DNA of 64,000 nt from Candidatus Magasanikbacteria bacterium RIFOXYD1_FULL_40_23 (GCA_001783215.1 MFRA01000005.1:146824-210823); one strand, 5' to 3'; numbered from the stretch's first letter, positions 50,785 to 60,917 are shown. The notes: generated by a model not told the origin, from the letters alone. Translations and numbers: made by a program.

Positions 50785-50855
50785 GCGGAGCTTGAAATTC
50801 CGTCGGGCCTCGCAAATAAAACACATTTTATTTGACTCAGCCCTAGAAATTATAA
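50783..50855 (+). repeat. Family B element, copy B3 (rplE-rpsN spacer)
   Basis: GCGGAGCTTGAAATTCCGTC-GGGC..GCCC-TAGAAATTAT. Confidence 0.85.
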
Positions 50856-50859
50856 AAAT

Positions 50860-51045
50860 ATGGCTACCCAATCACAAATTGCAAAATCAAATAGAAAACC
50901 TAAATTTACCACTAGAATCGTAAGACGCTGTTGGAAATGCGGCCGTGTCCACGGTTATATGGGAGAATTTGGGTTGTGCCGTATTTGTTTTAGAGAATTA
51001 GCCAACCAGGGTAAGATTCCTGGTGTGCGTAAATCAAGCTGGTAA
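50860..51045 (+). CDS. rpsN: 30S ribosomal protein S14 (zinc-binding type Z)
   Basis: CWKCGR, CRICFRE. Confidence 0.97.
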   Translation: MATQSQIAKSNRKPKFTTRIVRRCWKCGRVHGYMGEFGLCRICFRELANQGKIPGVRKSSW

Positions 51046-51060
51046 ATTAATTTAAATACT

Positions 51061-51450
51061 ATGATGACGGATCCTATCGCTGACATGTTAACCCGCATAC
51101 GTAATGCCTCTCTAGTGAATAAGAAAGAGGTTATGTTGCCATATTCCAAAATCAAATTTGGCATTGCTAATATTCTGGTTAAAGAAGGATATTTAAAAAA
51201 AGTAGAAGAGAAAAAGGATGTTCACCCTTATCTTTTAGTTACTTTGCAATATCACAGCAATGTTCCAGCTATTACTCACATCAAAAGAATTAGTAAACCA
51301 GGCCACAGGCGCTATATAAAGAGAGATGATATTGAGAAAGTTTTGAGTGGTTTTGGCGTGGCTATCCTATCAACACCAAAAGGCTTGCTTACAAATACAG
51401 AGGCCAGAAAAGAGCAAGTAGGTGGCGAATTAATTTGTGAAGTCTATTAA
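51061..51450 (+). CDS. rpsH: 30S ribosomal protein S8
   Basis: DPIADMLTRIRNA, ISKPG, GGE. Confidence 0.98.
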   Translation: MMTDPIADMLTRIRNASLVNKKEVMLPYSKIKFGIANILVKEGYLKKVEEKKDVHPYLLVTLQYHSNVPAITHIKRISKPGHRRYIKRDDIEKVLSGFGVAILSTPKGLLTNTEARKEQVGGELICEVY

Positions 51451-51465
51451 AGTAATTGATATAGT

Positions 51466-52017
51466 ATGTCTAGAATAGGCAAAAAAGTTATCACTATCCC
51501 TGCAGGCGTTACTGTTAGTATTGAAAAAGATCAAGTTGCAGTAAAAGGGCCAAAAGGTGAATTAAAGCTAAAGTTGCACCCAAGAGTGGTGGTAGTTTGT
51601 GATAAAAACGAAGTAACTACTCAAGTTGTAAACGAAAACAACAAGCAAGACAGAGCTTTGTGGGGAACTTTTTCTAGCCTAGTAATCAACATGGTAAAAG
51701 GTGTAACCGAAGGATTTAAGAAAGAATTGGAAATAAATGGTGTAGGTTACAAAGCTGCTATGAAGGGAACAAATCTAATGCTAGAAGTTGGTTTTTCTCA
51801 TCCTGTAGAAATCAAACCAGCCGCAGGTGTAAAGTTCGCTGTAGATAAAAATCTTATCACTATAGAAGGTGTAGATAAGCAAATGATTGGTGAAATGGCT
51901 GCTCAGATTAGAAGTATTAGAAAACCAGAACCATATAAAGGAAAAGGCATTAAGTATGTTACTGAAGTTATCCGACGCAAGGCTGGTAAGACAGCCGCCA
52001 AAGGAGCTGCAGCCTAA
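51466..52017 (+). CDS. rplF: 50S ribosomal protein L6
   Basis: MSRIGK, PEPYKGKGI. Confidence 0.98.
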   Translation: MSRIGKKVITIPAGVTVSIEKDQVAVKGPKGELKLKLHPRVVVVCDKNEVTTQVVNENNKQDRALWGTFSSLVINMVKGVTEGFKKELEINGVGYKAAMKGTNLMLEVGFSHPVEIKPAAGVKFAVDKNLITIEGVDKQMIGEMAAQIRSIRKPEPYKGKGIKYVTEVIRRKAGKTAAKGAAA

Positions 52018-52043
52018 AAATTGGTTTATTATAAAAATGTAGT

Positions 52044-52418
52044 ATGAAGCGATTATTTGTTAAAAACAAAAGCAAACTAAGAGAAGTTAGACACGCTAGA
52101 ATCCGCAAAGCTTTGGGCGGAACTGCAGACGTGCCTCGCTTGTCTGTTTTTCGTAGCTTAAAAGGAATGACTGTGCAGATTATAGATGACGTATCGCGCA
52201 AAACTTTATGCTATGCTAGTATTAAAGAAGTAAAAGAAAAGAAAGCAGAAAACAGAAACGGAAAAGTAGCAACTAGCTATTTGCTAGGCAAGGTTTTGGC
52301 AGAAAAAGCAAAAGCAAAAGGTGTTACTAAGGTAAAATTTGATCGCGGTGGTTATAAATACCATGGACGCGTACAAGCTTTGGCCGAAGGCGCTAGAGAA
52401 GGCGGTTTAGTTTTTTAA
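52044..52418 (+). CDS. rplR: 50S ribosomal protein L18
   Basis: PRLSVFRS, FDRGGYKYHGRV. Confidence 0.97.
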   Translation: MKRLFVKNKSKLREVRHARIRKALGGTADVPRLSVFRSLKGMTVQIIDDVSRKTLCYASIKEVKEKKAENRNGKVATSYLLGKVLAEKAKAKGVTKVKFDRGGYKYHGRVQALAEGAREGGLVF

Positions 52419-52440
52419 AGTATAATAAGAAATTTATAGT

Positions 52441-52965
52441 ATGAGTAAACCAATGGGACGCAGAGGAGACAAACCAAGAGAAAAGCCTGAATTTGATCAG
52501 TATGTTTTGGATTTGGCTCGTGTTACTCGCGTAACAAAAGGTGGAAAACATATGAGTTTCCGCGCCGCTGTTATTTTGGGTGATCGCCATGGCCGTGTAG
52601 GTTTTGGACTTGCCAAAGGTAAGGACGTTCAATTGGGGGTAGAAAAAGCTGTTCACCAAGCCAAGAAAAACATGATTACAGTACCTATTATAAACGAAAC
52701 TGTTCCTCATGCTGTAGTTTGCAAGTTCAAGGCGGCCACTATTTTCCTTAAGCCAGCTCCAAAAGGTTCCGGTATTATTGCTGGGGGAGCCACTCGCGCA
52801 ATGTTAGAATTGGCTGGTATTCCAAATATCTCTTCCAAAATTTTAGGTAAAACAAAAAACAAAGTAACTATTGTAAAAGCTACATTCAACGCTTTGCAAT
52901 TATTTAAAAAATCACACAAGAAATCGGAAGAAGCAAAAGAAGTTGTGGCAGTTAAGGCAGAGTAA
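52441..52965 (+). CDS. rpsE: 30S ribosomal protein S5
   Basis: RVTRVTKGG, GSGIIAGG. Confidence 0.97.
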   Translation: MSKPMGRRGDKPREKPEFDQYVLDLARVTRVTKGGKHMSFRAAVILGDRHGRVGFGLAKGKDVQLGVEKAVHQAKKNMITVPIINETVPHAVVCKFKAATIFLKPAPKGSGIIAGGATRAMLELAGIPNISSKILGKTKNKVTIVKATFNALQLFKKSHKKSEEAKEVVAVKAE

Positions 52966-52984
52966 TTTAGGTTAATTTTCAAAT

Positions 52985-53425
52985 ATGTCTTTACATATAC
53001 ATACAATCGGCCCAGCCAAAGGATCTAAGTTCGCTAAAAAAGTAGTGGGCAGAGGTAGTGCGTCTGGTCTTGGTACTACTGCCGGTCGTGGTGGTAAGGG
53101 TCAAACAGCTAGATCAGGTGGAAGCAGTGGAAATGTCCGCCGTGGTTTTAAGTTTCAATTGCAATCTACTCCAAAACTTCGTGGTTTTACTGGTATAAAC
53201 AAGAAACCATCCGAAGTTTATTTGTCTGATTTAGAAAATAAATTTAAAGACGGAGAAGTTGTAAACCTTGCTTCCTTAAAAGAAAAAGACCTCATTAATT
53301 CTTCTGCTAAATCCGCTAAAGTTTTATCTACTGGCGAGATTACCAAGAAATTATCTGTAGAAGGAGTAGCTTGCACTGCAGGCGCAGCCACCAAGATCAA
53401 AGCAGTAGGCGGAGAAGTCAAATAA
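52985..53425 (+). CDS. rplO: 50S ribosomal protein L15
   Basis: GRGSASG..GRGGKGQTARSG. Confidence 0.96.
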   Translation: MSLHIHTIGPAKGSKFAKKVVGRGSASGLGTTAGRGGKGQTARSGGSSGNVRRGFKFQLQSTPKLRGFTGINKKPSEVYLSDLENKFKDGEVVNLASLKEKDLINSSAKSAKVLSTGEITKKLSVEGVACTAGAATKIKAVGGEVK

Positions 53426-53499
53426 TGATAAAATGGTAAAGCTGATTGTGTTGGTCAAGTGGAATGGTTTACCAGTTTAATCACCTTCATCAATTATTT

Positions 53500-54774
53500 A
53501 TGTGGGAAAAAATACAACAAGTTTGGAAAATTAAAGATATTAGAAATAAAATTTTATTTGTTGTAGGCGCGCTCGTAATCTTCAGACTAGTGGCCCACAT
53601 TCCAATTCCAGGTGTAAATTTAGCAAACTTACGCCAATTTTTGGCAGGTAATCAAATCTTTGGCTTGTTAGATGTATTCTCCGGCGGTACAATGAGTAAT
53701 TTCTCTATCGTAATGTTGGGTGTTGGTCCATATATCACTTCTTCCATTATCTTCCAGCTACTTGCTATGATTGTGCCGAAATTAGAGGAGCTGTCCAAAG
53801 AAGGTGAATCAGGCCAGCAAAGAATAAATAGTTATACTAGATTATTGGCTGTGCCGCTTGCTTTTGTACAATCCTACGCCATGATCAAGATTTTAAATAG
53901 ACCAGGGCTTCCAATAATTACCGATTTAACCTTCTTCCGTTTGGTTACCATCATGATGACCATTACCGCCGGTACTATGTTTTTGATGTGGATTGGTGAA
54001 TTAATCTCTGAAAAGAAAGTTGGCAACGGCATATCACTGCTTATTTTTGCCGGTATCGTATCTAGTTTCCCTGGCGCTATTCGTAATTTTTTCCTCAACT
54101 ATAATTCTGCTGATTTTTATATCTTTGTATTATTTGCAGTTTTGGCAGTGCTTACAGTGGTAGGTGTTGTATTTATAAACGAAGGACAAAGAAACATTCC
54201 TGTAAATTATGCTAAGCAAATGCGCGGCACTCATATGTATGGTGGTAACTCTACCCACTTGCCATTACGCGTAAACATGTCTGGTGTTATCCCAATCATC
54301 TTTGCTATTTCACTTATGGTTTTTCCATCGCTTATTGCCCAATTCTTTATTCAAGCACAAACCGCTTGGATAGCTAGTGCGGCAGCAGGCACTATCGCTT
54401 TGTTCCAAAACCAATTATTCTACGGCGTAGTTTATTTCTTGTTAGTATTTGGATTTACCTATTTCTACACATCTGTAATTTTCCACCCTCAAAAAATGGC
54501 GGAAAACTTGCAGAAACAAGGTGGTTTTATTCCTGGTATTCGCCCAGGGCTAGAAACCGAAAAGTATCTTGGTCAAACTATGAACCGTATAAATCTGACC
54601 GGCGCCTTATTCTTGGGTGTAATCGCTATCCTGCCACTGCTTGTACAATATTTTATGGGCACAACCAACTTGGCTATTGGTGGTACTAGTTTGCTTATCG
54701 TAGTTTCTGTAGCAATTGAAATATCTAAACAAATTAGTTCTCAACTAACCATGCACGCTTACGACAATGTTTAG
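53500..54774 (+). CDS. secY: Preprotein translocase SecY
   Basis: LGVGPYITSSII, GNGISL, FIPGIRPG, GGTSLLI; start MWEK. Confidence 0.97.
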   Translation: MWEKIQQVWKIKDIRNKILFVVGALVIFRLVAHIPIPGVNLANLRQFLAGNQIFGLLDVFSGGTMSNFSIVMLGVGPYITSSIIFQLLAMIVPKLEELSKEGESGQQRINSYTRLLAVPLAFVQSYAMIKILNRPGLPIITDLTFFRLVTIMMTITAGTMFLMWIGELISEKKVGNGISLLIFAGIVSSFPGAIRNFFLNYNSADFYIFVLFAVLAVLTVVGVVFINEGQRNIPVNYAKQMRGTHMYGGNSTHLPLRVNMSGVIPIIFAISLMVFPSLIAQFFIQAQTAWIASAAAGTIALFQNQLFYGVVYFLLVFGFTYFYTSVIFHPQKMAENLQKQGGFIPGIRPGLETEKYLGQTMNRINLTGALFLGVIAILPLLVQYFMGTTNLAIGGTSLLIVVSVAIEISKQISSQLTMHAYDNV

Positions 54775-54875
54775 TCTGAGGCCAAGATTGAAGAAACCTT
54801 TTTGAAATGATAAACTAAGAGGGCTGGAAAGCCCTTTTTAGTTTAAATTAACTTAAAATAGTAAATAGTAGGATA

Positions 54876-54990
54876 GGGGCTAAAGCCACATATATACTCA
54901 TTCACTCGGAAATATCCAGATTAAATATTTATAACTCGCAAGCGATTATAAATATTTCATTGTCTATTTCCCTCATTCATCTCGTATATG
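54876..54990 (+). repeat. Family A element, copy A5 (ends on adk ATG; longer apical stem)
   Basis: GGCTAAAGCC..ATATAC-TCATTCACTC-stem-CTCATTCATCTC-GTATATG. Confidence 0.8.
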
Positions 54991-55644
54991 AAAAAAATCA
55001 TTATAATGATGGGGCCGCCTGGATCTGGTAAAGGTACTCAGGCCAAAAAAATCGCTACCAAATATAATTATGCTCATATTTCTAGCGGTGATTTGTTGCG
55101 AGCATTATCTTTGCAGTCCGAATTAAATGCGGTAGAAAAAGAAGCTTTGGAACAGATGAAAGCCGGTAATTTGGTTTCAGATGATCTTATTTACAAATTA
55201 GTTTTTGATAAAATAGAGAGTGAGCTTGCTTCTGGTAAAGGAGTAGTGCTAGATGGTGCTATTCGCAATTTGGACCAAGTAAAAGGTTTTGAAAGTTTTT
55301 TTGAGAAAAAAAACTTGGTGGAAGAAGTTTTGGTAATAGAAGTTGTTTTGAGTGATGAAGAATCTTTTAATAGACTTGCTTCTCGCAGAGTTTGTGACAA
55401 TTGCGGAGAGATTATTCCAGCCAAAGACAGTGCTTTAACAGAGTGTCCAAAATGTTCTGGTAAGCTGGTGGTGCGAGCAGATGACAATTCAGAAATAGTA
55501 AGGCAACGTATAGAAAAACAGGGGAACAAGGCAATGGCACCAATAATAGATTTTTATAAAAACTTGGGCGTGCTTGTAGCTGTAGATGGTAGTGCCTCAA
55601 TAGAAAATGTAGAAAAAAATATCGATAATATTTTAACAGCCTAG
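54988..55644 (+). CDS. adk: Adenylate kinase (zinc lid)
   Basis: GPPGSGKGTQ, SSGDLLR, LDG, two CxxC, RADD. Confidence 0.95.
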   Translation: MKKIIIMMGPPGSGKGTQAKKIATKYNYAHISSGDLLRALSLQSELNAVEKEALEQMKAGNLVSDDLIYKLVFDKIESELASGKGVVLDGAIRNLDQVKGFESFFEKKNLVEEVLVIEVVLSDEESFNRLASRRVCDNCGEIIPAKDSALTECPKCSGKLVVRADDNSEIVRQRIEKQGNKAMAPIIDFYKNLGVLVAVDGSASIENVEKNIDNILTA

Positions 55645-55647
55645 TGT

Positions 55648-56454
55648 ATGTTAATCAAAACTCCCGAAGAAATAAAATTAATTAAACAAGGTGGCAAGCT
55701 GATGGGTGAAATTTTAGAGCACTTGGCCAAAATGTGCAAACCAGGCACTGCTGTTTTGGATATAGATAAAATGGCGGAAGAAATGATTTTAGAAGCAGGT
55801 GGAATACCGGCCTTCAAGGGTTATAAAACACGGCTTACCGACACACCGTTTCCAGCCACTATTTGCGCATCTATAAACGAAGAGCTGGTGCACGGTATAC
55901 CCAAAAAAGGTGTAGTCTTAAAAGATGGAGATATCTTTACTATAGACATAGGTATGGAGTGGCCATACAAAGGCAAAGGCGCCGGCCAAGGATATTTTAC
56001 CGATACTGCCGTCACTATTCCAATTGGTAAAATTTCTCCAAAAAACAGAGAGTTGCTGCGTGTTACCCAAGAATCTTTGGAAGAGGGTATAAGAGCAGTT
56101 AAGCCTGGCAATACGGTAGCCGATATTGGCAAAGCTATAGAAGATTATATTAAGTCCCAGGGTAAATATGGAATTATTCGTGATTTGGTTGGCCACGGTG
56201 TGGGGCATGAAGTGCACGAAGATCCAAGAATACCAAATTATTACGATCGTAATTTAGACTATATTATCCTAAAAGAAGGTATGGTAATTGCCGTTGAGCC
56301 TATGGTTTCTTTGGGTGGCTGGAGAGTAAAAACTGCCAATGATGGATGGACAATACTTACATCTGACGGATCGTTAAGCGCTCACTTTGAACATACAATG
56401 GTTATTACAAAAAGTGGATGTACAGTGGTAACCAGAAGACCTGGTGAGAAATAA
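55648..56454 (+). CDS. map: Methionine aminopeptidase type I
   Basis: VHGIP, DIG, GHGVG, EPMV, SAHFEHT. Confidence 0.96.
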   Translation: MLIKTPEEIKLIKQGGKLMGEILEHLAKMCKPGTAVLDIDKMAEEMILEAGGIPAFKGYKTRLTDTPFPATICASINEELVHGIPKKGVVLKDGDIFTIDIGMEWPYKGKGAGQGYFTDTAVTIPIGKISPKNRELLRVTQESLEEGIRAVKPGNTVADIGKAIEDYIKSQGKYGIIRDLVGHGVGHEVHEDPRIPNYYDRNLDYIILKEGMVIAVEPMVSLGGWRVKTANDGWTILTSDGSLSAHFEHTMVITKSGCTVVTRRPGEK

Positions 56455-56532
56455 GCGCCAAGGCGCTTGAAATTACGTCGGGCTTCAAAAAAGAAAATTC
56501 ATTTTCTTTTTATTCAGCCCTAGTAATTATAG
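56453..56532 (+). repeat. Family B element, copy B4 (map-ruvX spacer)
   Basis: GCTTGAAATTACGTC-GGGCT..AGCCC-TAGTAATTAT. Confidence 0.85.
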
Positions 56533-56540
56533 ACTTCTTT

Positions 56541-56939
56541 ATGATTTTACTTGCAATAGATTTTGGCACAAAGAATATTGGTTTAGCCAAAGCCTCTACA
56601 GAGGTAGATGTGGTCTTGCCTTTTGGTGTTATAAGCAATGTTGATAAAAACCAGGCAGAGCAAGAGTTGGTAAAACTTATCAAAGATCAGCGTGTAGATA
56701 AAATTATAGTTGGTTTGCCGTTTGGTTTAGATGGAAAAGAAAACAATAATACAATTAGAATAAGAGAATTTGTTGAAAGACTAAAAAAAGAAGTTGATGT
56801 TTCTTTTGAATTTATAACCGAAGTGTTTTCTTCTCAGGCCGGTGATCGAATGGGTGTAGGTGTAAGCCGGGATGAAAAATCTGCCATGGTAATTTTACAA
56901 AGCTATTTGGAGAAAACCGCCTTGGGCGGGAAACAATAA
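56541..56939 (+). CDS. ruvX: YqgF/RuvX family nuclease
   Basis: LAIDFGTKNIGLA, IIVGLP, D..SAMVILQ. Confidence 0.9.
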   Translation: MILLAIDFGTKNIGLAKASTEVDVVLPFGVISNVDKNQAEQELVKLIKDQRVDKIIVGLPFGLDGKENNNTIRIREFVERLKKEVDVSFEFITEVFSSQAGDRMGVGVSRDEKSAMVILQSYLEKTALGGKQ

Positions 56940-56948
56940 ATTCAAACT

Positions 56949-57554
56949 ATGTTTGCAATAGTATTGTCCAGGAACAATACACGTGAGTTTGATCAGATGG
57001 TATCTTTGTATACGCGTGAGCAGGGCAAAGTAGAAGTGCTGGCCAAAGGGATTAAGAAAATTGTCAGCAAGAATTCTGCCAACTTAAAAGTTTTTTCTTT
57101 GGTGGATGTAGAAGTTGCTAAAGGAAAAGGCGTAGACCATTTGACCAAGGTGCAATCAATAAATATCTTTAGAAATATTTATAATGATTTTGATAAAATT
57201 TTTGTAGCTGGTTATATTATAAAAATAGCGGACAATAGTATTTTGGTAGGGGAGAAAGATGAAAGAATTTTTGATTTGTTACTTAGTTTTTTGGAGTTTT
57301 TAAACTCTGCCGTATCGGTTAATTCTTTTGTTCTGGTAACAGGCTTTGTCTTCAAACTATGGCACTGTCTGGGTTTTGGCGATTCGGAAAATAAATACAG
57401 TGTGTGGCTAGAGAGTAGTTGGGCAGATATAAATAATTTAAAATTAACAAAACAGGAAGCGTTAAACGCCTACGAAGCTGCCAGAAATTTTGCTCAACAT
57501 CATGCCGGTGTAAAACTTGCGGAATTCATAGAAAGTGATAGGATTATGGTATAA
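56949..57554 (+). CDS. recO: DNA repair protein RecO
   Basis: AIVL....RE.D..V.LYT...GKV..LAKG OB-fold N-terminus. Confidence 0.85.
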   Translation: MFAIVLSRNNTREFDQMVSLYTREQGKVEVLAKGIKKIVSKNSANLKVFSLVDVEVAKGKGVDHLTKVQSINIFRNIYNDFDKIFVAGYIIKIADNSILVGEKDERIFDLLLSFLEFLNSAVSVNSFVLVTGFVFKLWHCLGFGDSENKYSVWLESSWADINNLKLTKQEALNAYEAARNFAQHHAGVKLAEFIESDRIMV

Positions 57555-57566
57555 ATTGATTATTAT

Positions 57567-58859
57567 ATGCAAACTTTTATCAAAAATTTAGCATCTCTGG
57601 TAGATCAGGAAGTAGAGATTAAAGCTTGGTTATATAACAAACGTTCCTCTGGGCCGATTGCCTTTTTGGAATTGCGAGACGGTACCGGTTGGGTGCAAGC
57701 TGTGGCAGCAAAGTCCGATTTGAGCGCTACTGTGTGGGAAGACGTAGAAAAAGCTACTCAAGAATCATCTGTGGTAATTTTGGGTAAAGTAGCTAAACAC
57801 CCAAAAAAAGAAAATGTTTTTGAGTTGCAAGTTAAAGATTTTAAAATTATTCAATTGGCTCAAGAGTACCCAATTGCTCACAAAGAACATGGCCCAGATT
57901 TTCTAATGGAGAATCGGCACTTGTGGTTGCGTAGTAAAAAGCAATGGGCGATATTGCGTGTACGTGATTCTATTATTACTGCTATCGGTGAATATCTACA
58001 CAAAGAACTTTTTATAAAAGTAGATTCACCAGTATTTACGCCAAATGCCTGTGAAGGTACAACCACGCTTTTCCCAGTGCCATATTTTGATTTGGGCACA
58101 GCGTACTTATCTCAATCTGGTCAGCTGTATATAGAAGCAGCCATCGCTTCCGTTGGTCGTTGTTATGATTTTGGGCCAGTGTTTCGTGCCGAAAAAAGTA
58201 AAACAAAAAGACATCTAACAGAGTTTTGGATGATGGATGCCGAAGCTGCTTTTGTAGAGCATGAAGAAAATTTAAAAATCCAAGAAGGATTGGTGCGATA
58301 TATAATTCGCTACTGTTTAAATAACTGCCAAGAAGAATTGAGAATTTTGGAACGCAATACGGAGCCATTAGAAAAAGCCGACAATCCATTTACTCGTTAT
58401 ACTTATGATGAAGCAATAAAGAAATTAAACGAGCTTGGGTCAGACATAAAATATGGTGAAGATTTAGGAAATGATGATGAGGGAATACTAACCAAAGATT
58501 CTGAAGTGCCAGTATTTATAGAAAAATGGCCAAAAAGCATAAAGCCGTTTTATATGAAACGAGATTCTGTTAATCCGGATTTGGTTTTAAATGATGATTT
58601 AATTGCGATAGAAGGTGCGGGAGAGATAATCGGTGGGAGTCAGCGTGAAGATGATTATGATTTGCTACTATCTAGAATAAAAGCGGAAGGTTTAAATATA
58701 GAAGATTACCAATGGTATTTAGATTTGCGAAAATATGGAAGTGTGCCCCATGCTGGATTTGGTATTGGTTTAGAACGTATGGTTCGTTGGGTTACTGGTG
58801 TAGAGCATATTCGTGAATGTATTCCATTTCCTAGGACGATTGGAAGATTAAAGCCATAA
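57567..58859 (+). CDS. asnS: Asparaginyl-tRNA synthetase
   Basis: LRDGTG, RHLWLRS, YLSQSGQLY, FRAEKS, EIIGGSQRE, GFGIGLER. Confidence 0.95.
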   Translation: MQTFIKNLASLVDQEVEIKAWLYNKRSSGPIAFLELRDGTGWVQAVAAKSDLSATVWEDVEKATQESSVVILGKVAKHPKKENVFELQVKDFKIIQLAQEYPIAHKEHGPDFLMENRHLWLRSKKQWAILRVRDSIITAIGEYLHKELFIKVDSPVFTPNACEGTTTLFPVPYFDLGTAYLSQSGQLYIEAAIASVGRCYDFGPVFRAEKSKTKRHLTEFWMMDAEAAFVEHEENLKIQEGLVRYIIRYCLNNCQEELRILERNTEPLEKADNPFTRYTYDEAIKKLNELGSDIKYGEDLGNDDEGILTKDSEVPVFIEKWPKSIKPFYMKRDSVNPDLVLNDDLIAIEGAGEIIGGSQREDDYDLLLSRIKAEGLNIEDYQWYLDLRKYGSVPHAGFGIGLERMVRWVTGVEHIRECIPFPRTIGRLKP

Positions 58860-59056
58860 ACAAAATAAACACAGGTTAAAAACCGCCAACTGGCGGTTTT
58901 TTGTTTATTCTTAGCCAAATTTTGACTTGTAAACATTGACAAAATGGCAAAAATATGATAATAATATGCGCAGATAACCCTCCGCTTTGGAGGGCTCTTT
59001 GACAATGTGTGGCGGTTAGATTCGCTACACATAAGACACAGTCGGGGGAAACGTCA

Positions 59057-60331
59057 ATGGCTTTCGAACAGAAACAGGCAACAGGAAGTGGTGCTTTGGA
59101 TAATAGCGCGGAAGGTGCCAGCTATCGGGCTGGTGCTGGTGGGCAGAAAGGCAATGGTGCTGCTGCCGGGAAGGTTCCGGCGACCTCCAAGCTTAGGGTC
59201 AAGCCTAAGCAGGCTGCTGAACCCGAAGAGATCGTTATGACCGGCCACCCCTTGCTCGACAAGGGGCTTGCCTGTGATGATCGAGAGGGCAAGGCGCCTG
59301 AATGTCCGCTTGATGAGCGGGACGCCAAACGTCTTGAAGATATGGTTGAGCGTGCGGGCACGGCCTATTGTATGGCCATGATCATGGCGCTCGGCAATCT
59401 CTATCTCGAGTTCAAGACCAAGCATCACAAGACTTGGGGTCCGTGGCATGAGATTTTCTTTCTCGTTGTAACCACAGCGGCCTTCGGTCCGCTTGGTGCG
59501 CTTGGTGCCTCGGTAGGAGCTCGTGCAGCTGTGGGGCTCGCGATGCGTGGTGCCACAAGGGCAGCATGGACAGCAGCCAGCATTGATGCATCGAAGCTCA
59601 TTGGCGTTTTCACTACGATGTCGAAGGGTGTGCGTAGCTCCCTTGCCCATCGTAGCGTTGATATGCCGACCGACGAGATTGAGTTCATCAAGTACATGCA
59701 GGACCAGGTGCCGGGCTTCGTCGAGAATCTCATGCAAGGCATTGCTGAGCATGAACTTGATCAGCTCGAGATGCTCGAAGTGGTCGCCCGGCTACAAGAT
59801 CCGGACATTTCCGGACGGGCTGCTATTGAGCACCGTGGCCGTACGTTGTTGGCACAGTTCGGCGAGAACCGCATCGGTTCGATTGGGAATGTTATGGACC
59901 TTGGTGGAGGTTACGAAGTAGCTACTCCAGTACGCGTTCGTCTTCGCAAGAAGGAATTAATGGTTCTATGTGAAAGCCTTGGTGTTCACCATTCGGCCCT
60001 TGCGCTTAATGGTGCCAACCTGGACCTGGAACCAGGTGTTTCTAAGATGACGATGGAGAGCCTAGTCTACGTCAAGATGATTGAACCGGCTTTTCATGAG
60101 CTGGTTACCGCTGAGTACAGTGGTAAGCGGAAAGAGGAAGTTCCGTTCATCAACTTCGATGATTGCGCCGAGCGAAAGAAACATCGTTGGTTCAAAGATA
60201 TGTACCACGATATGAAGCGGCGCGAACGGCTTGAAAAATATATCGACGATATGCACAACATTGGCGGGCTGCCTGCCAATGACATGGACGACGAAAACAA
60301 TGGTGACATGGTCGCCGAAGCGGGAGAGTGA
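59057..60331 (+). CDS. GC-rich orphan protein with central hydrophobic Gly/Ala helices
   Basis: Long ORF; ATG at 59057 after GGGGGA; FFLVVTTAAFGPLGALGASVGARAAVGL segment. Confidence 0.7.
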   Translation: MAFEQKQATGSGALDNSAEGASYRAGAGGQKGNGAAAGKVPATSKLRVKPKQAAEPEEIVMTGHPLLDKGLACDDREGKAPECPLDERDAKRLEDMVERAGTAYCMAMIMALGNLYLEFKTKHHKTWGPWHEIFFLVVTTAAFGPLGALGASVGARAAVGLAMRGATRAAWTAASIDASKLIGVFTTMSKGVRSSLAHRSVDMPTDEIEFIKYMQDQVPGFVENLMQGIAEHELDQLEMLEVVARLQDPDISGRAAIEHRGRTLLAQFGENRIGSIGNVMDLGGGYEVATPVRVRLRKKELMVLCESLGVHHSALALNGANLDLEPGVSKMTMESLVYVKMIEPAFHELVTAEYSGKRKEEVPFINFDDCAERKKHRWFKDMYHDMKRRERLEKYIDDMHNIGGLPANDMDDENNGDMVAEAGE

Positions 60332-60756
60332 ATACAGTGAGGAATGCAATTTTCGTCATCATCTTTACTGGTCTGATCGGCTTTCTGGGGCTCACTTCCA
60401 AGAGGCAGTACGATAAGATTAACACACTTACTTCACAGGTCTCCAAACACAAGGAGGTTCGCGAGAAGATGTGCAATCGCATCCTGTCTATTTCTGAAGA
60501 AATGGCTCAGGTGACCCTTCAGACGCCGCTCAACATCGAGGATAGTCAACGGCTGCGCACAGACTTGCTAGCAGTTGGGGCCTATGCCGAAGGATGTGTT
60601 GATCTGCCTAGTATCACCAAGAAAGCAATGGAGGGTTGTCAGAACGGAAGTGTTGACGACAGTCTTCTCAAAGAAGGTGTTTGGGCGCTCGACGAAGAGT
60701 TGAGCGTTGCCAAGAAGAATGGGTGGAAACTATATGAGCAGAAGCCCAAGTTGTAG
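60328..60756 (+). CDS. Membrane-anchored hypothetical protein coupled to the upstream gene
   Basis: GTGA overlap; N-terminal TM helix; three Cys. Confidence 0.68.
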   Translation: MNTVRNAIFVIIFTGLIGFLGLTSKRQYDKINTLTSQVSKHKEVREKMCNRILSISEEMAQVTLQTPLNIEDSQRLRTDLLAVGAYAEGCVDLPSITKKAMEGCQNGSVDDSLLKEGVWALDEELSVAKKNGWKLYEQKPKL

Positions 60757-60917
60757 CTGAAAGTAGTAAGAGTCATCTAAACGGAGAAGTCCGTGCAGAT
60801 GCTATAAGCAGTTCACCAGGCACACCGTGCCTGGTTATTTGTTTTTATAGGTAAGATTGACCTTGCTAGATAATTTGCTATAAACAAAATTGCCACAAAG
60901 AGTAGCATTTAACAGGG

